Assembly (NCBI GenBank): GCA_951406725.2
Contig: OX597817.1
Span: forward strand, 158,596,001 to 158,660,000
From: Octopus vulgaris
Lineage: Eukaryota
Direction of reading: 5' to 3'
DNA: 64,000 bases
This document shows, piece by piece, positions 15,701-29,712 of the stretch; within the stretch, counting starts at the first letter, position 1; every line of letters starts with the position of its first letter. The notes under the pieces are model-generated. The model was not told the origin of the DNA. It saw only the letters and a program-made list of their open reading frames with translations, and made no database searches. A program made the position numbers and the translations under genes.

Positions 15701-16184
15701 GAGTAGAAAAGATTATCTTTTACTTGTTTCAGTCATTTGACTGCAGCCATGCTGGGGCAAGAAAATCATATTTGGCATTTTTATGTAGAAATTTTTATAT
15801 GGATTAATTCTCTCTATAACAAGTTTTGTTTAATTTCAATGTCTTAGGGCGGTGTGTGTGTAGGGTGGATCATCTCTAAAATATAGCGTGGGTTTCTCGA
15901 TTTATAGAAAAATCATATAAGGGCTCTACGACAAACTAGCTGGTTGATATTTCTAGCAGGTCGAGCCATCACCTAGAGGTATATATCGCCAACGCGTCAC
16001 TTATATCATAATAAGTGATAGCAATTTATTCCTTTTGGTTGTTATAAGCTGTTTAGTCTGAACGAGTAATCACTTCACTAATTAACTGAGTAAACATTTT
16101 GCTAGTTTCTGGATTGAGTTATTCACACACACACACACACGCAAACACACACACACACGGACATGCATACATCACACGCACATG

Positions 16185-16296
<112 letters not shown>

Positions 16297-16523
16297 GGTT
16301 CGGCAAAAGAGACCGATAGAGTAAGTACTGGGCTTACAAAAAGAATAAGTCCCGGGGTCGAGTTGCTCGATTAAAGGCGGTGCTCCAGCATGGCCGCAGT
16401 CAAATGACTGAAACAAGTAAAAGAGTAAAAGAGTATTGAAAAATTGAATATTAAATTTTGATTAATATCAATTTAAAACCAGTGGCCTAACATATTGAAA
16501 AATCTAAAGATTCAGAAAAATTA

Positions 16524-16922
16524 TATTACATACATATAAGAGAGATGACCACTAAGTGGACATCAATTCTGCTTGAAGTAGACCCCGTGGTCTTACCACT
16601 AAGAAAGGATTGTTCTCAAGAAAATTTAGCAAACGCCAGAACGGAAGCGGGTAAGACAAATGAAAAGATACAAAATATAAAGATTAATCACAAACCCGGT
16701 TTCGTTGTTACCATTTACGCAATTACTTACGTAATTTGTCCGCAACTCATCAGTGTGAATGTCATAGCAAAATGTAATTTGCAGAACTATACACAGAACG
16801 TCCGCGTTCTGGCGTTTGCTAATTTTTTTTGAGAATAATCCTTTCTTAGTGGTAAGACCATAGGGGTCTACTTCTAGCAGAATGGATGTCCACTGAGTGA
16901 TCATCCCTCTTATATGTATGTA

Positions 16923-16926
<4 letters not shown>
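16524..16926. mobile_element. Long-TIR (about 120 bp) element next to (TA)n
   Basis: gatgaccactaagtggacatc...gcaaacgccagaacg is inverted at 16801-16926. Confidence 0.75.
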
Positions 16927-16960
<34 letters not shown>

Positions 16961-17153
16961 ATATATATATAAAAGCTGTTTATATATATATGTATATGGA
17001 GCCATGAAACGATCGTAGTGTTTTACTCATTATCTTTTATTAAACTTTTAATACTTTTGAGATATATATTTAAAATAATATAAATTAATTAATTTTATGT
17101 ATTAGCTTAAGTTTTTCATTGTTTGATTTGCCTAATAGTGGTTTTATCTCTAA

Positions 17154-17223
<70 letters not shown>

Positions 17224-17287
17224 TGTTTAGTCTGATCGAGTAATCAATTCACTAATTACTTGAGTAAAAACTTTGTCGTGTGTGGGT

Positions 17288-17334
<47 letters not shown>

Positions 17335-17834
17335 TGTGTGGCAGATGAGATCAAATGAATCGAGTAGGTTATGAACAAACAAATACAACAGCGATTGTGC
17401 ATGTTCGCGTTCGAATCTACCGGAACGAATTAAATATGACGATGTCAATCATCGTCATTTCATGTATGTATCTATCATGTATACAGTGACATAGATAAAG
17501 CTTGCGCTGCCGGGGATAATCGTGCAATTTGCGCGTCATCCTTGCTTCCCCCAAAAAACACAACATACGAGAGATGTGAAATCTACGTTTTCTTTTTAGT
17601 AATATATTCAGGTAGAAGAGTACCAAAAGTTTCTTTAATATCTCTCAATCCCCCCCCTCTCTCTACATACATATATATATAAGTTCAGCAAAATTTAGAT
17701 TCAGATGAATATGGTACTTAAGTCAAAGGCACCAGAATTTTGTATGGTATTATCCATATAAATCAAATGGGGTGATTACTTGTTGCTTATTTTGATTATA
17801 TATATATATAAATAAATATATAAATAAATATATA

Positions 17835-18258
17835 GGCGCAGGAGTTGCTGTGTGGTAAGTAGCTTGTTTACCAACCACATGGTTCCGGGTTCAGTCCCAC
17901 TGCGTGGCACCTTGGGCATGTGTCTTCTACTATAGCCTCGGGCCGACCAAAGCCTTGTGAGTGGATTTGGTAGACGGAAACTGAAAGAAGTCCGTCGTAT
18001 ATATGTATATATATATATATATGTATGTATGTATGTGTGTGTGTTTGTCTGTCTGTGTTTGTCCCCCTAGCATTGCTTGACAACCAATGCTGGTGTGTTT
18101 ATGTCCCCGTTACTTAGCGGTTCGGCAAAAAGAGACCGATAGAATAAGTACTGGGCTTACAAAGATTAAGTCCCGGGGTCGAGTTGCTCGATTAAAGGTG
18201 TTGCTCCAGCATGGCCGCAGTCAAATGACTGAAACAAGTAAAAGAGTAAAGAGTAAAG
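17835..18258 (+). mobile_element. tRNA-derived SINE family A (octopus OK/OR-like); further copies at about 684-1090(-), 2301-2642(-), 34690-35080(+), 44958-45895(-), 62103-62637(+), 63470-63888(-)
   Basis: A-box-like tggctgtgtggt, B-box-like ggttcagtccc, internal (TA)/(TG)n, tail (aaagagta)n. Confidence 0.85.
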
Positions 18259-18290
<32 letters not shown>

Positions 18291-18291
18291 T

Positions 18292-18346
<55 letters not shown>

Positions 18347-18793
18347 CTTATTTTGATTATATATATATATAAATAAATATATAAATAAATATAAATAAAT
18401 ATAAATATATATATATATATATATTTATATTTATTTATATATATTGGAGGCGCAATGGCCCAGTGGTTAAGGCAGCGGACTCGCGGTCGTAGAATCGCGG
18501 TTTCGATTCCCAGACCGGGCGTTGTGAGTGTTTATTGAGCGAAAAGAACCTAAAAGCTCCACGAGGCTCCGGCAGGGAATGGTGGTGATCCCTGCTGTAC
18601 TCTTTCGCCACAACTTTCTCTCACTCTTACTTCCTGTTTCTGTTGTACCTGTATTTCAAAGGGCCGGCCTTGTCACTCTCTGTGTCACGCTGAATATCCC
18701 CGAGAAGGCTGTTCCGTTGATCGGATCAACCGGAACCCTCATCGTCGGATCAACCGGAACCCTCATCGTCGTAACCGACGGTGTGCTTCCACA

Positions 18794-18832
<39 letters not shown>

Positions 18833-18837
18833 ATATA

Positions 18838-18921
<84 letters not shown>

Positions 18922-18978
18922 ATATATACATATTTTTCTCTATCTATCTAGACAGACAGTCAGTCAGACAGCCAAACT

Positions 18979-19036
<58 letters not shown>

Positions 19037-19688
19037 CACTTTTCATGGCCTCTATTTAGAGATTCGAAGAAATGCACTGAAGTATTATTCTGTAATTTCT
19101 GCTTTTATTTATTCATTAATTTTTGCTCGTCACAGCAGTTGTCGCACGAAAAGCATAATGGTTGTTGCCATGGCGATTAATGAGATTTTAAAACATGGAA
19201 TAATAATCGAGGCGTTGGCGATTGTGATGTCGGAAGTGGTGCAGGTGAGAGGGGGGGGATAATGGAGTAGCAGTAACAGTAGTAAGAAGGTTTGCCACGT
19301 GAAAAACAACGCGGATGTGTGTATGTGTGTGCTTTATCTATTTATCTCGCTTCAGTCATTGGACTGCGGCCATGCTGGGGCACCGCATTGAAAAGGTTTT
19401 AGTTGGAAAAATCGACAATAGTAATACTTGCTTTCTAAGTCCGTTACTTATCCTAGAGGTTCTCTTTCGTTTGCTGAACCACTAGGTGACGGGGATGTGT
19501 ATATATATATATATATATATATAGTTACGGAGATGTACTCGCATAGCAAGTGACCTGATCTGAGATCGTTCGCTGGAACGAAAACAATTGCAGCGTGGGA
19601 GGTGTTTATAAGCCATTTAAGAAACACACAAAAGCCGTTCGATTCACTTCAACATTTAAGTTTAATTTGTCAAAATATTTTCGTCGCT

Positions 19689-19948
19689 AAAATCCGCGAC
19701 CTGTTCACTGACAAAAATCCGCGACCTGTTCACTGACAAAAATCCGCGACCTGTTCACTGACAAAAATCCGTGACCTGTTCACTGACAAAAATCCGCGAC
19801 CTGTTCACTGACAAAAATCCGCGACCTGTTCACTGACAAAAATCCGCGACCTGTTCACTGACAAAAATCCGCGACCTGTTCACTGACAAAAATCCGCGAC
19901 CTGTTCACTGACAAAAATCCGTGACCTGTTCACTGACAAAAATCCGCG
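19689..19948. repeat. 25-bp minisatellite, about 10 copies
   Basis: (aaaaatccgcgacctgttcactgac)n with two c>t variants. Confidence 0.95.
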
Positions 19949-21101
19949 CAGCACGACAATGGCAAACAGGAAAAAACAAGATACACGGATTATTCGCAGC
20001 CCATTACCTCTTCAGACGGAACCCGGAATGTCTTCGTAGTTTCGTCCACTTACCTCCGATACTACTCGAAACCGGCTGGGCCAGGGACTTGTGCTAAATG
20101 TATAAATATTTATATATATAAACACTTACTGAAAAAAAAAAAAAAATAAGGGTACATGGCGTTCCATTATGCTATCTGTGTATCATACTGAAGCACATAC
20201 ATTGTTGAAGACTTGATCAACTGAGGTATTAGTCTCGGGAATGCATCTCTTAAAGATGTTTAGTGCTAAAAAACACAGAAATCTATCTGTAGCTGACAAA
20301 AATTGTCCACCAGCAGTGGTGGCATTGCTAAATGTGTGCATTTCTGTCCCATTGCGCTTCGTCAGTAGCAAGTGTCCACTGGCAAACTCATATTAAGGCA
20401 AATCCGTCCTTACTGACTGAAAAACCGCAGATGTCGCATTTAGCCGGCAGGCTGAATAAAAATTTATGCGCAACAGAAGCATTGATATATATTTCTTTAC
20501 TACCCACAAAGGACAAACAAGGACAGACAAAGGGATTAAGTAGATTACATCGACCCCAGTGCGAAACTGGTACTTTATTTATCGACCCCGAAAGGATGAC
20601 AGGAAAAGTCGACCTCGGCGGAATTTGAACTCAGTACGTAACGTCAGACGAAATACCGCTAAGCATTTCGCCCGACGCGCTAACGTTTCTGCCAGCTCGC
20701 CGCCTATATTGTTGAAGAAGCATTGATATATATTGATTTTAGTCATTGGATTGCAGCCATGCTGTGGCACTGCTTTCTAGTGCTTGGTAGATCGTATTGT
20801 CTCCTGTACATATTTCAGTGTAGCTGATACTGATACTAATCTTATCGTGACTTGGAATATCAAGCCTCTCTCCCCCTCTCTCTTTCTGTCTCTCTCTCTC
20901 TCTCTCTCTGCCTCCCTCACTCTATGTCTATCTCTCTCTGTCCATGCGTATGTATATGCACACACACATAGACACACACACACACACACACACGTGTGCG
21001 TGTATTATGGGAAGTGAAGGATATGAAAGAGTTAGGTACTTCGCGATGATCTAATCCTTTTTCACACGAATGAAACGAACGCCAAATGGTTTGCTCTAAA
21101 G

Positions 21102-21139
<38 letters not shown>

Positions 21140-21600
21140 ACACAGACAGAGTCTCTCTCTCTTTGTTTCTCTTTCCATCTTTGCCACGCATACACACACT
21201 TGCACATACACACATACTCTCAGCTACATATGTGTTCTCTCTTTCACACATACACACACACAAACGCATGTAAACATACATACATACATACATACATACA
21301 TACATACATACATACATACATACATACATACATACATACATACATACATGTATACACACACATATGTATACACAAACACATATTTACACGCATACACACG
21401 CATACACTCCGACTTTCTGTCTCCATAACTCATCCTCTATCGTTTTCTGTTTGCATCCACTACTCTCCATGTTACTATCTCTTCCATGTTATTCTCTTTC
21501 TTTCTCCGCTATCTTATCTCTACGCCCTATCATTAACAACAACTAAGTCAACATAGCAGCCGTTTACTTCATTTTTAAAGTTTTTCTGTGTGTTCAACAG

Positions 21601-21629
21601 AAGTCAGACAACTGCACAGATAAACGGAA
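21601..21629 (+). CDS. Putative 29-nt exon of gene A (KSDNCTDKR), or 5'UTR exon of an internal isoform
   Basis: Acceptor tttttctgtgtgttcaacag|, donor AA|GTAAGG; phase 0 in, phase 2 out, which fits the acceptor at 21822. Confidence 0.45.
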
Positions 21630-21821
21630 GTAAGGCTTTTTGGAGTGAAGAAGAAAATCTAGTTTTGCAAGCAAACCAACTGTAAATGTTATAAAACATG
21701 GAAACGAGTGAAAAATGTAATAACAATTGATCAAAATTTATTCACTATCAGTTCAGTGGATTTTTATTTTATGTGAAATATGGTCAGAACGGTTAATAAG
21801 TAAACCATTTCCCTTGCTTAG

Positions 21822-22896
21822 AAAGATGGGGCAGGCTGGTCATAAGCAGAAGCAGAATTCAGCTGAGAATGGGAGATATTCAAAGAATAAGAAAGTTCGT
21901 GATTCGTACGAATCTTCATCATCTGTAAGATACAATGGAAATGAGGCGTGTCTACCAAGTTTTTCTATGAAAAATGCAGAGAAGGCATGCAATTTGTCGT
22001 TCCAAGAGTTAGAAATGATGGACAATAGAAATTTGTCCATGGAGCACAACACGGCTCAAAATATGCATGAAATGGATCAGATTTGTGCGGACAGGATGCC
22101 GAACATGTATCCAGTTGAGCCAGGAGAAAACTACTCATTCGGTGGTCCTGTTGGACAAGAAATATGGTATACTCAGGTAGATTTTAACCCTCACTACACT
22201 AATAGATCTTCATATAATAATCAAGGTTTCGAAATGGAGCCTGGTGACCCAATAGGAACATCAAATAATGTCAGAGTACAATTTAACATTCCGAATATGC
22301 CGGAAGTTCAATTGAACCAGAACGAGTCAACGGAAAACATGGACGTGCATTACCAAAATAACAATACTGTTGAAGGAGACATGTCAGAAGATAACGGGAT
22401 CATATTACCATACAATACATTATACTCTCAGGTTGAAATACATCCGAAACCTAGTGATTTCGAATGTAACAATTCAGGTGAGCAATGTTATTATCAATGT
22501 GTAAACACGGAGGATGAAATGTCGTCTGATAAGAAAAACAAAACAGTTAGCTTTGTTGAGAGTGCATACACAGACACAGCGAAAACAACAGAACCGTTAT
22601 TTGACATACAAAGAAACTTAATGGAATCAGTTGTTGGAAATAAAGTTGATATATCTGCGATAGATGTTATTGAAACGAGACATTCGCCATCTTGTTCCTA
22701 CGACGAAGATGGACAAAGCATTGAAGAAATTGATACAAATATTGATGTTAAAGATGAAACGACAGGGACGTCCTCAGGTAGCAGTGTAGTTCATAGGATG
22801 GTGGCTAGAACCGTCAAGAAAATTAGTTTACTTAGCGACCTTATCAGGCAATGGAAATGTAATGCCAAAGAAAAAGATTGCTTTGATGAATTACAG
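21822..22896 (+). CDS. Large exon of gene A (MGQAGHKQKQ...CFDELQ), acidic/Asn/Ser-rich disordered; ATG at 21826 may be an alternative start
   Basis: Non-repetitive 418-aa ORF 21727-22983; acceptor cccttgcttag|; donor CAG|GTAAGC, phase 0. Confidence 0.75.
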
Positions 22897-23740
22897 GTAA
22901 GCACTGATTGTTACCGTTTACCAGGAAAGATGCTTCTACTGTTATTGCTTCTTCTGTTACTGCCAATTATAGATAAGCAGTAATTCTTTCAATGCCAGTG
23001 AAATTCTGTGTTCAACAATACAGAAATAAATCTCTATGACTATCTATCTTTGGTTTTGATGGCCTCTTCATAACATTATTATCTGTAAATCCCCCTCCAG
23101 ATCCCCCTTTTTTTTTTCAGTTGCCATTAGATCTTCATGGATAAAAACTACAGAATATTTTTTTCATGTCAAAATAAGAAAACATTACAAACGAAAGACG
23201 ATAACCGTTTTTATCTATAATTTGTACCCTATGTTTATTGTTTCTGGTGTATTCACAATATTTCGGTTTATCTATACTTTCATTCTCCCTAAGCATACAT
23301 CTTTACTTGCTTTTGGTTAATTGCTCCTGTTTATTGATAGTTCACTTGTTCACTCTACTTTTCTGTCCGCTAGGTTTATTTATATGATTAATTACGAAAG
23401 GCAAAGTTTCCAGGTTTGGGAACCATGAGCTACACTTTCTTACTGTTACAGTTGCTTTACACTGCCCAAGCTCACTTATGGCGTATATGTAACCGTTATA
23501 CCTCGTTAAGGAGGACCGTATTACACAATCCGGCAAGCAATAGTTGATTATAAGGGATGGAATGTGGTAAGTTAGGGATGATGGACTGTCTACCGTCCAG
23601 TCCATTTTCTGTATGATTGTAGATTTGGTCGGAGATTAACTGTTGTTGACCCTTTGTCCTTAACCTACTGAAGTATTTGGGGATAATAAAGCGATCGATG
23701 CTGCTCGGGCGTGTGCGTATGTATGTATACTTAGATAAGC

Positions 23741-23809
<69 letters not shown>

Positions 23810-24008
23810 CATGCACATGCACATACATGCATACATAATAAAAGGGTATGTGTGTGCATGTGTGTGCGTGTGTATGCATGTATACATGCTTGCATACATA
23901 TATATACATACATAAACACACAAACACACACATATATTTACATACATATACATACATACATACGTACATACATACATACATACATACATACATACATACA
24001 TACATACA

Positions 24009-24109
<101 letters not shown>

Positions 24110-25875
24110 AAAATAAGACAAGGTAGAAAATGCTAAAATAATTTTATCATGAAGAACATTTTAGTACCGGTTTCAGTCTTTGCGACTTTTTCGACTTAGA
24201 GTAAAGCATTAAAAGTAATTAAATTGTGGAAAAAATTAATGAAATGTTTTTTTAAAAATATTTCCGTAGTTTTCAAATGCAAGGGATATTTTCCGTTTTT
24301 CTGTCTGTCTCTGTCTCTCTTTTTAACTCTTGCGGGTTCTAGGCATTAGCAGCAAGCTAGTTTGACATGAATTCCTGACAAGAATTCATATCAAACAAGC
24401 TGCTACTAACTACCTAGAACCCACAGAGACAGACGGAAAAACGGGCGACGCGTTGTGTTCTTGAGCAAAACACTTCATTTCATGTTGCTCCAGTCCACTC
24501 AGTTGGCAAAAATGAGTAACGCTGCGATGGACTGGCGTCACATCCAGCTGGGGAACATATACGCCATAGAAACCGGGAAACCAGGCTCATGAGCCTGGCT
24601 AGTCTTTAAAAGGGCGCATTTTATTATTATTAAAATAAGCACGTGTTTAGGCCATCAGGAGAAGAGGAGTACCACAAATGGTAAATGGTTAAAACATAAA
24701 AGAAATAACTTTAAAGTTGCGAAAATAATATTTGGGATGCTCTATCTCTGCTAAGCATAGTTCCTTCTTGAGCCATGCCTGGCTCATAAGGGTCGGTTTC
24801 CCGGTTTCCTTGGCGTATAGGTTCCCCACCTGGACGGGACGTCGGTCCGTCACAGGTGAGCTGCAAGATGCAGGAGGAAAGAGTGAGAGAAAATTGTGGC
24901 GAAAGAGTCAGCAGAAGTTCGCCATTACCTTCTGCCGGAGCCGCATGGAGCTTAGGTGTTTCGCTCATAAACACACACATCGCCCGGTCTGAGATTCGAA
25001 ACCCGCGATCCCTCGACTGCGAGTCCGCTTCTCTGACCACTAGGCCATGTGTCTCCACAGGTGCTAAGCATAGGGGCAGATATGTTTCGTAAGATTGATT
25101 TTGAGGGTTTGATCGAAGACTTTACAATTAAAATAAGTTAGTGAAGGCGCTACAAATATAAACAAAATGCAAATAAACAAAAATAAAAATGTTTCATCTT
25201 CTGTTAGTTTTGTTTCATTTCGAAAAATAAAATTTGGTGGCACCAAAATCTTTTAAGTGTTTAGGGCCTCTATGGATTTTAATGCGAAACTGACCATTTT
25301 GTTTATTAATTGAGAGTGATGGGCGGTTCCAGGCATAGTATGCTTAGGACTCAATGTGTCTTTTTCTGTTTTAAAATGGCAGAGAAGGATTGCAATGGAA
25401 ATCTAGCTGGTATTTCTAGCAGGGTGTACAACCGCGTATAAGTCTTTTCGTTGGTGTCGTCATCGTCGTTGTCGTTGTTGTTGTTGTTGTTACTGCTGTT
25501 ACTGTTGTTGTTGTTAGTGGCGGTAGTGGTGGTGGTGGCGGCGGTCTTGCGCGGCCTTTAATCCCAAGCTATATATGATATCCAGTCAAAGGGCGGCGAG
25601 CTGGCAGAAACGTTAGCACGCCGGGCGAAATGCGTAGCCGTATTTCGTTTGTCGTTGCGTTCCGAGTTCAAATTCCGCCGAGGTCGACTTTGCCTTTCAT
25701 CCTTTCGTGGTCGATAAATAAAGTACCGGTTTTGCACTGGGGTCGATGTAATCGACTTAATCCCTTTGTCTGTCCTTGTTTGTCCCTCTATGTTTAGCCC
25801 CTTGTGGGTAATAAAGAAATATATATATGATATTCAGTCAAAACTTCACAAACGTTTCTTTCATATTTGTTTCAG

Positions 25876-26152
25876 CGTATGAAAAAGAAGCTATTCATCA
25901 ACCCAAAAGAGGTTTTGGGAACCGCTCCACCCCAGGGCTTGGCTCTTAGTATGACGAACTTGGTCAGTAAAGTTCTCACCGAAGCTTCAACTGTTGAAAA
26001 AGATATCCATCCTTACGGACGCGGAAATATGTACACCAATGCTTTCGCTGGTAAAAAATCGCTGGTGAAACTCGATCCCGGAAAGCTTATGTTCTGGGGT
26101 ATCGTCATATGCATGGTGACTGGAGCAGCATTTGGAGTTATTATTCTATCAG
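25876..26152 (+). CDS. Gene A exon with predicted TM helix (RMKKKLFINPKE...LMFWGIVICMVTGAAFGVIILS)
   Basis: Acceptor tttgtttcag| phase 0; donor G|GTGAGT phase 1; hydrophobic run of about 22 aa. Confidence 0.8.
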
Positions 26153-26771
26153 GTGAGTTGCTCTACTTTCTCATTGGTAGGACTATGTATTTCTTGCCAC
26201 ATTGGCCAGTTATCTTAACACAGGCACAACTCAGTTCACTTCCCCTTTTTTTTATCATTAATTTACATAAGATTGAATCACAATTTAATTACAAAGAAAC
26301 AAAGACACCCCTCCCCCCCAAAAAAGTGTGGGTAAGCAGGAGAACAAATGGCTTGTTCAACCGCGTCCTGCGGATATGACCGCGATGGCGTTGCCGCAGA
26401 GAATGGCCAGTGATAGTCACTGCAGCAAGTACATCATCTCATTTCTCAGACGGGCAGCAGTTATACTGATTTTAAGGAGGCGATCGGTAATGTTATGCTT
26501 TTGCTCAGACTTACCTTTCAGAGTATTAGTCGAGCATTACCTTTCTTGTTTATCCACTTTTCTTGAGGTAGCAGGGAAGTTCGTAAATTCAATTCCTAGA
26601 GGCAGTGAAATTGCCGCTTCGTAATTGGTAAAGCTTGAGCTTTGGGCCGCACAGGGCGGCCCAAATTGACTGTAACGCCGATTGCAACAAAACACATGTA
26701 TAAAGTGGCTGCTTTTATGATACACATGTTCCATGCTACGCCACAAATAAAGAAGTAAAAAAAGGAAAACA

Positions 26772-26809
<38 letters not shown>

Positions 26810-27765
26810 ATAATATAAATAATATATGTATATATGCATATATACATATATATATGTACCTACCTACATATATATGTATATATACATGCATATATGGGTA
26901 CAGGACACCAAGAAAACGTTGAACACAATGAGAAACGAAAACATAAAAACAAAAATATAGAAACGAACATTTTTTCGAACAACGAAAAAAACAGAGGAAC
27001 GAGACATACAACATAAAGAATATTCCCCTTCTTCAGTTGTCCCTGTTTCATCTACCCCGCGAATTCGAAGGTAAGGACAAATATATACATATATATATAA
27101 CGAGAACTACTTCATAGATGGAGATTTTATATTTTTATTAATACATTGCTACATATGTTTCGGCATGACATGTATTTTTATGGTAGATAGCTAGATATCT
27201 GCCATATACAAAACACAAAGATATATTTGTATATATACAAAAAATACCTACGATTGACAGTTTTGTTTTTTCATAAACATCAAAATTATCTCTCCCTTAT
27301 CTCTGAGCAAACTGAGATACGCTTCAGCATACCCAGCTCACAGCCAAATAATAACTTATGCCTGGATACAAATAATATTTCTAGAGAAAACTAAATGAAA
27401 AATCTTTCCCCCTCGTTTCACAGCGTTGAACTAACTGACGGCTAACTAACCCCGGTGTTGCGCAATAACTTGGCCGGGCCCGAACACCCTGATCGTTACA
27501 CAATGACTGTTTTGTGCAACTAACGGATCACTATTTCAGTGGTGTCCAGTTTCATTAGGCCTCGTGGGATGGCTCTTTTATATTATATCTGTTTCAGTTA
27601 TAGGACTGCGGCCATGCTGGGGCACCGCCTTGAAGAGCTTAGTCAAGCAAATCGATCTCAGTGCTTGTTTTTAAGTCTGGTACTTATTAAGTCGGTCTCT
27701 TGTGCTGAACCGCTAAGTTATGAGGATGTAAACAACCCAACACCGGTTGTCACGCAGAGTGTAAG

Positions 27766-27805
<40 letters not shown>

Positions 27806-28429
27806 CGGGCTTACGTAGTTTCTGTCAACAAACTCACAAAGCATTATTAGAACTCGGGGGCTATAGTAGAAGACACTTGCCTCAGATTAAGAATCAGTGA
27901 GACTGATTCGAAACCATGCGGTTGCAAAGTGAGCTTCTTGTCAATAACGAAAGGAAAATTTTGTCTTCTTTTATTATTTTAGCTCCAGATCAGCTTTGAC
28001 TAAGCAGGACTATCATCAAAGACCTTCTTGTCCTTTCTTTTTAGAAGTAGGTGTAAACAGTATGGTTGTTATTTGGGGGGAAAAAAATCGGCTGCTGTTT
28101 CTAGCGAGTCTAGTGATTACGTAGAGGCTCCCTTTGTTCGGTAAAGAGAGTCTGGAGTCATTGATCTTTGTTTTCAAGAGATAATATGAAAGTCAATCCC
28201 GATCTATGATTTGAACTTAGAACCACGATACAGCCAATTAGACATAAGATATTCGTTAACGATGCACCTAGATCGGCTCTTGGCCATCTGTACTCACACA
28301 AATAACAAAATAAGTAGGCTGTAACAGAGCCTCGACGCAACCACTCGATTTCCTACAAATAACAATCAGATCTCCCTTAAAGCACACCCTACTTTCTTCA
28401 AAAAGGGGAAGGACTTCTTAGATAATGTA

Positions 28430-28983
28430 TTGGGCTTTCCGGAAAGTTCGTGCCGATTTATAAAGGAAAGAAAAAGCTCAATAAATACTTGCCATTACAT
28501 TTTTAATCAACCAAATATGAACCATTTTGTTGCACAATGCGTCTCCATCTTTCCTTTAACTTGAAAATACCCTCTTACCAGAATTGAGGTGGTTTCATGG
28601 CAAACAATTCATCAAGGTATCTTTTTATGTCATCCAAAGAATTGAAATTTTTGCCATTAAGACTGTTCTGCAGAGAACTGAATAAGTGGAAATCCGAAGG
28701 AGCAATATCTGGTGAATATAGAGGGTGGGGTAACACATCCCAGCCGAGCTGCAGCAATTTTTGTCTGGTTCCCAAAGCATCAAGTGCCAAAAATGAACTT
28801 TCTTAAAGTGTTACAGAATTAACACAGGTTATAGGAACATAAACCTTCTTCCACGAAAAGATAGCTTAAACTGTGCTCTAAATGGAGGTGTAGTCAAATC
28901 CTATTTTATGGACTCAACCATGTTCTAAAATAAGTCGAAATGTAAGCTGCTATAAATCGGTACGAACTTTCTGAACAACCCAA
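28430..28983 (-). mobile_element. Internally deleted mariner element with both TIRs and TA TSD
   Basis: TA|ttgggctttccggaaagttcgtgccgatttata ... tataaatcggtacgaactttctgaacaacccaa|TA; YSPDIAPSDFHLF. Confidence 0.92.
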
Positions 28984-29644
28984 TAGTTTTAGATACACTG
29001 GCTGAAAAAAAAGAGAGAAGAAAAGACAAATGGTCAACTGGGACATTGTTGATCTCTGGTCTGTTAGGTTATGGTTGACATGGTCCTAGATCTGTTAAAA
29101 CTTGAAGTAAAACAAATATTGCTATTTATGTTGGAGCAAGATGTCAATTAGAAAATGAGATTTTTGGATAATCGTGGCTCTCGCGTGGTTACTAGCGATG
29201 TAAGTACTCAGTCGATAGATAATTTGTATGTTTGGAAGAAATGAAATCTATTCTACAAGTCAGCGAATTACTCGTCAATTTAAATGCAGTGTTACGCCAC
29301 CTACAACACTTAACTACACTACCTTTACATACATCAAAAATCTATATTATCCCGTGGTTCCTGTTTACTATCGTGTGCTGTGCCGTCCAGTGGCACCTAT
29401 TTACAACCTGTGGTATAACTCATTGCTTACCTGCTAACTTTAATGTATCCTGTTTTCGGGCATGTTTTGCTGTTGGCAAGATACAAACTGCCGAGTTCTT
29501 AGTCGACTATTTAATCTATCATGTTAACTATCTGCACTTCCAAAAGTCCATATATCGTGCGTATCCTTTAGCAAACAATTGAACATTACTTTGTATTCCA
29601 GAAAAATACCGAACATGCCAAATAATAACGTATTTATTTTTCAG

Positions 29645-29712
29645 AAATTCATCGTGGATCTTTGAAACGCTTGCTACAACGATACAATGGCTCGTTCCCG
29701 GATTGGTACTAA
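29645..29712 (+). CDS. Putative terminal coding exon of gene A (EIHRGSLKRLLQRYNGSFPDWY*)
   Basis: Strong acceptor tatttatttttcag|; the phase 1 join gives an open 22-aa tail ending TAA; followed by AT-rich, UTR-like sequence. Confidence 0.55.

Noticed and set aside
18446-18520. tRNA genes at SINE heads (also 62777, 17835, 35145)
   Set aside because: They continue into SINE bodies, with no convincing acceptor stem or terminator.
19689-19948. CRISPR-like array
   Set aside because: Units are contiguous with no unique spacers, there are no cas genes, and the context is eukaryotic.
26330-26740. GC-richer stretch resembling a decayed retroelement ORF (similar patches at 33400-34450 and 55560-56150)
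   Set aside because: Multiple stops and no diagnostic motif; cannot be classified without a database search.
27983-27999. Alternative terminal exon (APDQL*) for gene A
   Set aside because: Appears to lie in a dispersed repeat and has no other support.
29232-29582. 116-aa ORF as a gene A exon
   Set aside because: No convincing in-phase acceptor or recognisable motif; the acceptor at 29645 is much stronger.
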